A program made the translations under genes and the position numbers. From assembly GCF_009914755.1 (NCBI RefSeq), contig NC_060933.1: a stretch of 64,000 nt of DNA; one strand, 5' to 3'. The notes beneath the pieces are model-generated. The model worked only from the letters and a program-made list of their open reading frames with translations, was not told the origin of the DNA and made no database searches. Positions 1-15,856 of the stretch are shown piece by piece. Positions within the stretch are counted from its first letter, which is position 1. Every line of letters starts with the position of its first letter. This stretch comes from the human T2T-CHM13v2.0 reference genome, Homo sapiens.

Positions 1-1132
1 CCATGTGCATATTCTTCTGTGGCACACAGTTGGTGCTGAATGAATGAACATTCTCACCCATCAGTGGTGTTGCGTTTAGCTCAGGGACTGAATAGCATTC
101 ATTGGATGAATAAATGAAACACAGCTTTGGAAGGAAGATCCCTAAAGGAATCTTCCATCCCTACCTCCACATGTACCGCAGGAGAAAATTCCTGGAATGC
201 TTTCCTCCTGCCCTTTCTAACTCTCATCCCCCTCAGATTCCTTAAGTGATTTTAAAACAGGGGACCCAGTCCATGCAGGGGGTCAGTGGGGCCTCCAGAA
301 TTGCAGGGCCTGGAGGAGGCAGCATCCGTACATTAGGCAGAAACCACTTGTCCGGGGTTGTTAGAGGCCTCTGGGGCCCGGGGAGCAGGGGGTAGGGCAA
401 AGCGGGCCTCCAACACTCTGGGGCAATTGATATAAAATAAACTCCATAATCAGGTAAATGCATTCGTGCGGGGGATGGTTCCCGTGCAGCTGTGGGCGTC
501 CCCCAGCCGGAGGGGACCTGTCTAATCTCAGGGTAATGAAAACGTGGGTCTAATTACCTCAGAGGGCCGAGGCCTGGGCCACGGCCGGAGTTGGGGAGTG
601 GGGGCCCTGGCAGCGGAATTAGAACATTTAAGCTGTCACACCAAATCCGGGAGAGGCCTGATTACCTGGCCCTAGAAGAGGCCGCTTTGGTTTGGTGTCG
701 ACTATAATTTCCTGGCCACCAGCCGTGAAGCCAAGGGCCACCTTCTCTCCCCTGTGATGGGGGTCCAGGTTCTGCCTCTTTGACCCCCCCACCCTCACAT
801 CAGACCCACCCAGGGGAGCCCGCCTGGGCCTCCCAAGCTGCCCGTGTGGGGTAGATAGGGGAACAGGTACACCAGTCACACATACCGGCTACGTGTATGC
901 ACACAGGTTATAGGTAAATGCCTTAAGGAAAGTGTGCATGCTGGCAGAGGGTGAATGAACATGAGCAGATGTGTATATGGTACATCTACATTTGTTGTGT
1001 GCACACTCTACTTTGGAGTGTATGTGTGGGTTGCAGGTACAAGTGGTATGAATATACTGGGTGTGGGTAAATAATAGGAGATGTGTCTACATGGATTATG
1101 TGCAGGTGATCCACCTTTTTTTTTTTTTTTGA

Positions 1133-1393
<261 letters not shown>

Positions 1394-1574
1394 TGACGCT
1401 ACAAATGGGAAATGTGCACACAGCAGGGCCACATGTATGCAGGTTACATGTGGTATGTGTTCACAGTGGTGTGTGCTGGTAAGTGCCATGAAAGCAAGAA
1501 GCTGACCGCTGTACCCCAGCATCTAGCCTGGCACATGGTGGATAGCTGTTGATTATATAGATGCTCAATGACTA

Positions 1575-2199
<625 letters not shown>

Positions 2200-3256
2200 T
2201 CAAATAAACAAACAAACAAACAAAACTATAGATGCTCAACGAATTTATGTCTGTGTGATAGGTACAGGGGAACTATGTGAGGCATGTGTTAATGATATGA
2301 GCATTTGGAGTCTACAGGGAATGTGCCTGATGTGTGTGTGTGTGTGTGTGTGTGTGTATTTGTCCCCATTGTGTGATTGGGGGGCATGAGCTCCAGATAC
2401 AGTACTGTGGAATGCTGAACTGCCTCCTCCATTTACAGGTTGACCTTAGGGAAGTCATTTAACCCCTCTGAGCCTGACTTCTCATCTGTAACACAGATAC
2501 TAATAATCACAGCTAACATTTACTGAGCACTCAGTCTATGTGTGGCACTGTACTATACGCTTCTCATGCATGATGATCTCATTGACTTCCCAACAACTCA
2601 AAAAAGGAGGTACTACTATCGGCCCCATTTTACAGATGGGGAAACAAGCTTGCCACAGGTTAGATAATGGTGAAGCCAGGATTCAAACTCAGGTGATCTG
2701 ACTGTGGTGTGAACTTTTAGCAGCCAGGCTAAATGAATAGGACCTGTTGCATAGGCCTGTCCGAAGGATTGAATGAGGTCATCCACCCAGCAGTGCATAT
2801 GGCACATAGTAATCACTCGGTAAATGTTATTGCTATTATTTGCACATAGATATGGGACATATAAAACAGCTACAAGAATGTGTGGGAAATGGGCATGTAG
2901 TATATTTGTGACAGAGAGATGTGTAGCTGTGTTTGTGTGGTGTGTATAGACATACATTTACACAAGGTTTATGACACATGTATTTGGGTATATGAATATA
3001 CGATATATTTTACATGATGAACACAAGGCATGTAAATCCATGTATTATGATGTCTTTGGATGTACTATATTGACATGTGGCTTATGAAATTAGACAAGCA
3101 CATACTTGAGGGTTGTGATACACATATGGTCTACCCGGGGTCTGCGTATGTATACATCTAGGGTGCAGGCATAAATGTGCACATGGCACACAGCAGGACA
3201 CTTGTGTGCACAGAAGTGATACATATTATAGATGCAGATGCCATAGAGAGAGATCA

Positions 3257-3601
<345 letters not shown>

Positions 3602-4239
3602 CTAGACTATGTATATACTGTATACCATGCATTTATATGGTCTAGTATGTGCAGATGTATGTGAGGTGCTTATGCATGGGGTATTTATAGGCATGTGGAT
3701 GTAAGTGGAGTATGTTTGTGTAATACATATACTTGGAGGTATATATTGTATATAATTTTGAGATGTATCTATTTGTTTGTGACACATATTTTGTGCATCT
3801 TTGCTCCAGCGTCACCTTCTTAAGTTAAAATATCCATAGCTACCCTGTTTAAAACAGCCCCAATTTCCCACCAGTCCCTTCTTCCCTTTTCTCCCTAAAA
3901 GTATTGATTTTTAATATACCATATAATGTAGTAATTTAGGATGTTCTGTTTCCTCCCTCACTAGAGCATAAACTTCAGAAGTCCAAAGCTCTTCTCAGTT
4001 TTTACTGTATTGGCCGCCATCCATTACAGCTCACTGCAGCCTGCATGGAACTCATGGGCTCAAGCGATCCTCCCTCCTCACCTACCCGAGTAGCTGGGAC
4101 TACAGGCGCGCGACACCACGCCTGGCCAGCTTTTCTCTTTGTTCACGCTGGACCCCCAGTGCCTGGCACAGGGCCTGGTCCCTGGCAGATGCCCACCCAC
4201 TCAGCCACCACGTGTGGAAGCAACACGTGGATGTCGGCG

Positions 4240-4840
4240 CAGGCAATGCGGCTGTGTGGGGCACGTGCAGCGTGCAGTGGAGACTTAGGTGCATGGCACA
4301 GACACGCATGTTACAAGGGGTGCGACCGGCAGAAGGCTTGTGCGCGCGCCTGAATACATGACGGCCGCCTGCCCGCTGCCGCTTGCCCGTCGCTAGGTCA
4401 CCTCGCACCCTCGCCCGGCGGCCCTCGGTGGGCGGCCCCGTCCGTCTCCCGGGGCGCGACCCCGTGTACCCGCGCGGCGGTCCCGGGCTGCTGTCATTTC
4501 CCGGCGGCCGCAGGGCGGGGAGTGAGCGGGCCGCGGCCCGGCCGGGCGGGCAGGAAGCGCGCATTGTTCGCGGGCCGCGGCCCGGCAGGGAGTTCCCGGC
4601 CCCGCGCGGACATAAAAGGAGAAAGAGCGCCCGCGGAGCGGCCCGGGCGGCCGGGGGAAGCGCGGCCCCGTGCTCCGCTGACCCCGGCGTCCACTCCCGG
4701 CTCCGCCCCTCGGCTTTGAGGCGCAGATTCGAATCCCGGCTCGCCGCCTCCCTGAGCCTGGGAAATGAACGTTGGCTACTGGAAGCCCTCTCAGGGCAGA
4801 CCCCCGTGCTCGCCCCCTCCACTCCCCGCGTCCAGTTTCC
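4240..4840. promoter_or_regulatory. Orphan CpG island
   Basis: Very GC-rich with dense CpG, GC boxes and CATAAAAG at 4611; no coding exon recognisable nearby. Confidence 0.85.
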
Positions 4841-6558
4841 TGCTCCGCTAAAAACCCAACCCTGTGCTACGGTTCCTCAGCCTCCTGACAAGAGAAGGTG
4901 CACAGTGAAACCCAGGATTTCGGAGGAAAGTTTCACCAGCTAAGAAACCTACCACTGTAGCTTGAGCCACGCCCCACAACTCTGGCCTAAAACACCCTCT
5001 TCTGAGCGGAACGTTGTTTGCAGGCACCTTTATGGATGGGAAACAGAGACCCGGAAGAGGAAAAACTTGCTTAAGGCCATCAATAACAAAAACCCTATTG
5101 TGCAAAATTTTTACAAACCGGGGGCTTTCTCCCGTGCTTAGAGGCATTGCCACTTTCATGGTGGTTGTTGATTGAAAAACTGATGGAATGATCACTTACT
5201 GGGTGAACCGGCGTCACACCTGATACTGAATCCTCACGTCCCTTTTGGAGGTGGACATGAGTAAACTGAGGCCCAGAGATATAAAGTGTCTTGCCCCAGC
5301 TGGTTGAGGAATGGGACTCGGCCCTGCTCTGTTTTGGGAGATGTTACTCCTGACAATGCTGGCACCATAATCTTGGGCGGGGACATATTTGCATAAGGGT
5401 TAAGATCTAATCAAGTCAGGAAAAAGTAAGGAGTTAGCAACCCCACCCATTGCAGCCCAGCCCAGCCCATAGCATTGAGCTTTGCCCTCTTGGCCTAGAT
5501 TGTCCTCTTGCCTCTTTGGTGGGAAAAGGTAGGAAAGGAAAAGGTTGAATCTTCACAGTTCCCACAGGGGCCCAGAGAGGTTAAGTGAGTGGCACCAGGT
5601 CACACAGCAAAATGGCTGTGAAGCAGAGCCTCCACTCACACACAGCCAGACCTCTCTTTTTGGGGAGAACCCTTTTCCTGCGTCCTGAAATTTTGGGGAC
5701 CTGTCCTGAGGTGTCTTCACCCACTAGGCCAGGAGATTCTGATTATGGAGAAACGGCCTCCCCTCCACCCCTATCCCTGCCCGGCCGGGGAACCCTACAC
5801 CCTGGGGTAATTGAGATCAGATGCAGCTGTGACCCACAGAATGCTCCCTAGGAACCTGGAAGCATTTATTGTCTGGAAGAGAATCCAGGGTTATCCTCCC
5901 TCCCTTGCTGTCCCCTCCCCAGGCGGCCTGGCCGAAGGTGGATCGGGCCTGAGGAGCCTCTGGTGCTGCCCCGGGTTAGAGCAGAGGCCTTGATGAATAC
6001 GACTGCTGAAAGCGTCTTCCTGGCTTCCTCCTTCCTGGGGATATGGTTACAGGGGGCCAGACTTCCTGCCCAGCCTGCCTTCGCCTTCGCCTTTTTAGCA
6101 AAGTGTGGTTCTGCAGGCTCTCCTCCTGCAGGCAGCTCCGCACGCCCACCCCCATGCTTTGCAGCTGGGGCACCAGCTGGCCCCATTTCATTCAGAGCCC
6201 AGCTCAAATGTCACCTCCTCAGGGAGACCCTCCCTGGCCACCCTATATGAACCAGCCCACCTACCAGCAGTCCTTCCCTCTCACCCTGTTTAATTCTCTT
6301 CATATCACTTATCTTTAGTTGGGTGGTTCATTTATTTTCTTTCAATAATGTTTATTTCCTCTCCCCACCGCAAGAATGTGAACCCTGGGAGGAAGGGGAC
6401 TTTGTCCTGCTCACTGCTGTATCATGAAGCCTGGAACTGTGCTTGGCACATAGTAGGTGCTCAGTAAATACTGGCTGAAAGAACAAGGCAAGGACTGAGC
6501 AACTGCTGTTGACCTCTGAACTTGGAAGTTGGCCTTGAATCACATTGCTCTGAGGTGA

Positions 6559-6852
<294 letters not shown>

Positions 6853-8229
6853 TAGTGCTATGAAGTCGGGCAGGGTGCCTGCTGGCCAATACCATACCTT
6901 TGTCTGACTTGAGAAAAGGTGCTCCCTAATGGGAGGATGCAGTCCTGCTGGTCCCCAGCTTGACCAACAGAAAGTGAACTTACATGAAGAAAACGGACCA
7001 TCTTTTTTGGCTGACACAGCCCCACACTTGGGCATAGGTTGGCTGATTTCAGACCTCTTGTGTAGTGCACAGACTCCACAGGTGTGTGACTTGTGCTTGG
7101 TTTAATCTTCTACTGCCATTGTCTTGAACATTTTAATATTTGAACAAGGGGCTGCATATTTTTATTTTTCAAAGGGCCCCTCAAATTACGTAGCTAGTCC
7201 TGATTCTACACACAGTCCTGATTAGGTGTTAGCTGCCCCCATTATACAGAGGGGGGAAGCTGAAGCCCAGAAAAGGTGACCACTAACGTGGCTCAGTGAA
7301 GCCTGGTGGGGCAGAGGCTGGTCTGCCAGCTCCTAGCTGGGTGAGGCTGGGCACACTCTGTTATGGGGGAAACAGGCATGGTCCCCTCCCCTGACCCCCG
7401 CAGGTGCTCAGGATCAGAGAGAAGAGAGATGCTGTTCACTTGTTTGCATTGCCCGGACACAGCAGGTGCTTGGTACTTGTGGGGGACTGAGGTGCCAGGG
7501 CAGTGTGGTAGAGGGAGTGACGCTTTCCATTAGGGGCTTTGGAGAGGGCTCCCTGGAGGAGGTGTCAAGGGATCTGACATTGAAGGATGAGGAGGGTTTG
7601 AATCAAGAGAGGAGGGGAAGGATATTCCCAAGAGAAGGTCCAGGATGGGCAAAGATCGCTCAGTCTGGATAGGAGAATGAGGATGGCACTGGAGAGGTAG
7701 GGGCCTCAACGTCAGGGTGAAGATTTTATCTTCTGTGTGGGCTTGGGAGAGTCCCCAGCTTCTACTCCAACCACAGCAGATCAGTGTAAACATGTTTTCT
7801 GTTTTATACATGGGATGGAGGTGCAGGGAGTGAGAGGGTCTTTGGATTTTGCTTGTAAAAAAAGAAGTTGCCTCTAAAAATATGGTTAAAAGCCACAGCT
7901 GTCGGGGATGGAAAACAGAGAAGGAATTAATACTCCGTCTGGCAGCTCTGGCCTTCTTTCCTTAAGGAGGGTTTGCCCTCTTTAAGGAAAACCCATAGCC
8001 TCAGAGAGGGGCAGGTGTCTGCTCTGGGTCCCTGGTGTATCTAGAACCCAGGACTCCTGACTACTAGATTGGTGCTTTTTTGACTTCATAGCTGCAGGAA
8101 CTCATCTCCACAGGCCTGTGGTCCAGTTTCCGTGGTCTCGTGGCAAAGCTGCATCTCCAGCAGCAATAGATGCTTCCTTCTCCCTCCTCTGGCCGGCCTG
8201 CCAGGCCAGCCCTGGAAAAAGGCGGCCTA

Positions 8230-8248
8230 TGCTGCCACCTGGTGGCCA
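8230..8248 (-). promoter_or_regulatory. CTCF-like binding motif
   Basis: Minus strand reads TGGCCACCAGGTGGCAGCA, close to the CTCF core consensus. Confidence 0.7.
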
Positions 8249-8914
8249 CTCACAGGCAGGGGAGGGTGCCACTTCTCTGCTGGGAGCTAGCTGCATTGTC
8301 CTGGTAACTGATGGTCTAGACACGGGATCCTGTGCCTGGGTGGGGGTTGCCCTGTTCTGGGGCATTGACCCCTTTGGGAATCTGGGACTATTAATGGTGG
8401 TATGGCCCACCTCAAATCTGTTCTTCCTTCTGTCTTTCCCAGTCTAAGGGACTTAATACCCTAATTGTCTAATCTGGAAGCCTGGGTTTTACCCTTGACT
8501 CTTCCCCCTCTCTTTTCCCCTAAATCCGGTCTGTCCCGAAGTCCTGTCAAGCCTACCTTTTAGGCACATATGGCATGTGTCCCATGCTCTCTATTCTCAA
8601 GACCACGACTCGGGTCCAGCCGCGTCATTGTCCTCACCTGGTCTTCTCCCCACTCAGGCCTGTCTGCAATCCACTCCCCAGTCTACATCCAGAGGGACTT
8701 TGTTAAAATGCATGAATACTTATATTCTCCCTGCTTGAAACCATCAATGGCTCCCTATTACCCCCAGGACAAAACTTAGCCTTTTTGCCAGGCTGCCTCT
8801 TAGAATTGCCACCCTCTTAGAAATAGTCTCTTACAAACCCTCTAGCTCTGCTTCCCACAAGCCCCCTCTTTCCCCCACTAGCTGGGCAGCATAGCACAGT
8901 GGTTACAGGAGTAG

Positions 8915-9237
<323 letters not shown>

Positions 9238-9395
9238 TGCTGGTATCTGCTTTTAAATTTCGCTTTTGTCATTTGATAACTGTGTGACCTCAGTCAGGTT
9301 CCTTATCTCATTTTCCCAATCTCCAAAATGGGATTGATGATAATAGTGCCTAAGAGGCACTATTAACTGAAATATCACATAAGAAATTGTGCTAA

Positions 9396-10635
<1,240 letters not shown>

Positions 10636-10639
10636 ATTT

Positions 10640-11291
<652 letters not shown>

Positions 11292-11294
11292 TGA

Positions 11295-11792
<498 letters not shown>

Positions 11793-13462
11793 GGAACTGG
11801 TTATTAAGTTAAACTTTGAACTCTGTGCTATAGGACAGAACTTAAAAACTAGATTAGACTCAGAAAGGATTTGAAAATAAATGATACAAATCTGGTGAAA
11901 AGCCATGGTCAGAAGAGGGGCATTTCCTCTACTTCATAATGACATTAACCATTTAAATGCCAGGTTCTGTGCCAGGTGCTTATCCATGCTATCTCTTTTC
12001 TCCTTTAAAGCCCATGCATACAATTATCTCCATGTTAGTGATGAGGGCTTGGCCATTTAGGGAGGCAAGGTGATTTGCTCAAAGTCACACAGCTAGTAAG
12101 GGCCGAGGCGGAACTCATGCCTCTTGGAGGAGCTTGCCTCCGAGAGCTTGTAGCCTCTGGAAACAGTGATGTTGGCAGGGAGGGTGATTGCTGCTTGCCT
12201 GACTCTGAGGGCCCACTGGGCAGAGAAAATGACCTGTGTTGTGGGCCCTGAGCAGCAGCAGGGCCAGCAGGAGGCTGGGGAGGTGGATTTCAGTTTCTTG
12301 TGTCCAAGAACGCAGGCTGCCTGACGGGGTGGCAGCAAATGAACTCTTGCCTTGCACATTTGCTGCCCATGTGCCTCAAGGTCCAGGCCTGGGCTGAGAT
12401 CCCTCCTCTCTGTCTATCCCCAGTGCTGCTGGGGGTGGGGAGAGGGTTCTGGGGAAAGAGGAAGGAAGAGCCAGTCCAGCCAGAGGTCTGCAGAGGAGCC
12501 AAAGGAAGAGGGAAGGAAGAGGAAGGAGGGAGGGCTCGGAGTGAGGGCTCAGAGTGAGGGTTCTGAGATTCCCAGCTCCCTCCAGTGCCTGAGTTCGTGG
12601 GTTCTGAGAAACAAGACGCTCTCTGGGTTGGGGGTGGGCTGCCTGAATTTGACCTTTTGGGCAGATGGGGCAGAAATCAGGGCCTCAAACAAACTCCATC
12701 TTGAGAGCCAACTGGGGAAGGACCTTGGCCTGGGGGCCAGGAGCCCTGGATTCCAGCTCCTTCTCTGTTTCGTGTTCTTGGGCAAACTCTTTCAGCTGTA
12801 GGCCTCAGTCTCCAGATCAGTTGAATGGAGGTTTGGGCTCAATGACTTGAGGCACCCCCTACAGAAAGGCAGGAAGCTGGGGCTCAGAGAAAGGTTGGGG
12901 AGGGAACTGGAGGTTGGGTCAGGATGGGTCCTAGTGGTGCCTGTCCATGGGCCTAGAGCCGAGTTCCGCAGCCACCCCACCCACTCCCAGCTTCTCCTCT
13001 GCCCACCACACAGACCACAGCCTTCTCTTCTCCTTTTCTGTATTCAGATATCCTTCTGGGGAAGGCCCAGGCTGGCTCCTGGGAACTCTGAGCTGCTGAA
13101 GGAGGCAACTCTAGCAGGAGGGATTGCAGTTAGAGATACAGCAGGCCACAGGCTTGGGAGGAGACAGCTGGGCTGCAGGAGGGGCCACATTGAGTGCCGT
13201 GGGAGTGGTGAGGGGTCTTTTTCTTACCCTAGCCTACCTTTGGCCCAGTATCCACCCCCCAGCACTGGTTTCTTCTGGAGTCTGGACTACCCAGGAGGCT
13301 GGTGTGGGTTGGCGGGGGAGGTAGATAGGAAGGAATGCAGCCCTGGCCTTGTCTGAGAGCTCACCCTGACCAGGAAAGTCATGGAGGCTGTGCCTGGCTG
13401 GCTGGGGGGCCTGTGGCCAAGGGTGCAACGGCTGGATTCTACATTCAGTCTAGAACTGGGAC

Positions 13463-13632
13463 TTGGTTTGACTTGAACTGAATTTAGTAGAGTTAAACTG
13501 AGTTGGGTTGTGTTGGGATGGGTTTGATTGGGTTGACTTGATTGGAGTTGAGTTTGATTGACTTGAGTAAGGTTTAATTTGGGTGGGTTGAGTGGAAGTA
13601 AATTGAACTGAGTTGAATTTAGGATAGTTGAG
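13463..13632. repeat. Degenerate (GAGTT/GGGTT)n pentamer block, copy 1
   Basis: 5-nt periodicity; near-copy of 15307-15487. Confidence 0.85.
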
Positions 13633-15119
13633 TCATAAAACCCCAGTCCTATCCATCACAAGCAGCCACTCTGTGGTGGGAGGCAAACTCCTGCTTCCTC
13701 CTCTCTCCTGGGCCTATGAGGCCTTCCCCCTGGTGCTCTCAGAATGGTACCTGCAGTCCTGATCCCAAGAGGTGGAAGGGTTGGGGTCAGTGGTGGATGA
13801 CTGTCATCAAAGGGACACCCAGATTGCTTCTTGGCTCCCCTCCTCCCCATCCTCCAGACAACACATTTTACTATGAGAGAGGTAGAGAAAGGCACAGAGA
13901 AGAGATAGAGATGGAGGAAAAAGACAGTCAGTGAGGCACTGCTCTGAGGCGGTAATGGCATGGCGATTGATGCTTCTGTTCATAAAGATGGCTTCTGGGG
14001 ACAGACACTGTTGTTTTCCCACCCACCTCCCAACCTGACGCTCAAATCTCCTTACTCTGGGTTCAGATTCTGGGCTCTCCAGCCTCAGGAGGGCCTCATT
14101 CTGATTCCCCTAACACTGTATGATCTGGGGCAGGCCCCCTCCAGTCTCTGGGTCTCAGTTTCCCCATCCATAAAATGAGAAGATTGGCCTCAGTTTCCTT
14201 CCAGCTCTATTGTGTCTAATACTAATTTCCTGACTGGGGAAGTAGCTTTAGCTCCTGGTTCTCAGGCAGTCGGGACTGACCTAGGGCTCCCCTGGTGGAG
14301 AAAGGGTGGAGGGGATGAAGGGACGCAGGCATCTCTGTTCAGGAGGAACAATTCCCCACCCAAAGCTTAGAACATGAAGCAGATTGTGCCAGAAACAGAG
14401 ACAGAGAGGGAAGAGTCAATGAGAGGAAGACAGCAATACAGAGTTATTGAAAGAGGAGGGGAGTCCAAGACAGCCACACACAGACAGAGCAGACATAATG
14501 AGAGAGAGGGAGAGAGAGAGGGAGCGAGGGAGCACCAAGCTGATAAAGGCAAGCAAAGGAGGACTGGTCATAAAAAGGAGGGAAGACAGTGCCAGGTGGA
14601 TGGAGCAGAGAAGCCAGGGACAGAGTTTTCTGCTCCCTGGAGGTCAACTCAGACCCTGCTTTTCCCTGCAAGGTGTCCAGTCTGGTGGTCCCTCTTCTGG
14701 CCATCAAATCTTCTTTTGGAATTTTTCCTGCCCCCCTAATCTAAATCTCCTCCAGACTTCACCTCCCTAGAAGTGGTGTGGGCAGAGGTGAAAGCTGTCA
14801 CAGGCCTGAGGCTTCATGGCCTTGGGGCTTCATTAAAGGGTAGCAGTAAATGGCAAAGTCAGGGATGAATAATAGTTATTATATGTATGGGGATGTGGTT
14901 AGAGTTGGGAGAAGAGCAAGGAGAGGCAAAGTCCAAAGAAAAATCTCCCCTTCTTTCATTAGATCAGGCATTAACTCTTGTGTTCCACCTCCCTACCAGA
15001 TATCCTGTCATTTACAGATAGGCATTACTCTGTCATTTAGGGAATGACAGGATATCTGGTGGGGAGGTGGGAGGAAGGTCTTTGTTGTTGGAAGGAAGGA
15101 GGAGATACAAATGAAGAAC

Positions 15120-15530
15120 TGAGCTGGGCAGGGATGAGTTTAGTTGAGTTAAATTATGTTGAGTGTAATTGGTTTTGTTTGGGTAGAGTACAGCGGAGTA
15201 GAGTTGCGTAGTTGTGTCATGTCAGGAAGGGTTGGGTCAAATTTAGTTTAGTTTGGTTGAATGAGTGGAGCTTGATTTGGGATTGGTTGAGTGGAGATGA
15301 GTTGAGTTGGTTTGGCTTGAACTGAATTTAGTAGAGTTAAACTGAGTTGGATTGTGTTGGGATGGGTTGGGTTGGGTTGAGTTGAGTGGAGTTGAGTTTG
15401 ATTGACCTTGTGTAAGGTTTGATTTGGGTGGGTTGAGTGGAAGTAAATTGAACTGGGTTGGCTTGAGTTGAATTTAGGAGAGTTGAGATGCATTGAGTTG
15501 AGTTGAATTAAGTTGGGTTGGTTGGGTTAA
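15120..15530. repeat. Degenerate (GAGTT/GGGTT)n pentamer array
   Basis: gagttgagttgg/gggttgggtt periodicity over about 400 bp. Confidence 0.9.
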
Positions 15531-15856
15531 GAAAGTTAAAAGACTCCTAGGAGACAGATCCAGGAGAACCATGCCTTAGGAAGGTGGCATGAAGTTCCAG
15601 CAAGGAGAGTCCTGGTTAGGGGAGGTGTCCATGGCTGAGATCTAAGCAGACTGTGAGTCTGAGATGATTTGGCATATAAATGATTTATCTCAGTGTTTCT
15701 CCATTTTCTTTTGCACTCTACACTCTCATTGGTAATGGAGGCTCATGATGGCATGGGAAGAAGGGAATATCAGAATTTCATTGCATATGCATGTGTGCTC
15801 ACTTGTGTGTGTGCATGTGTGTGTGTAATCTGAAAAAATACCCAAAGGTGGTTCCT

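Noticed and set aside
4725-4745. tRNA B-box-like GATTCGAATCCCGGCTC
   Set aside because: No cloverleaf or convincing A box; better explained as a MIR remnant with preserved CpGs.
4100-4943. Long ORFs (240 aa minus, 186 aa plus) over the CpG island
   Set aside because: Arg/Pro/Gly/Ala-rich and open in several frames, as expected from high GC; no domain is recognisable and one end runs into an Alu.
5374-5394. GC box plus octamer ATTTGCAT resembling an snRNA distal element
   Set aside because: No PSE or snRNA-like sequence is recognisable nearby.
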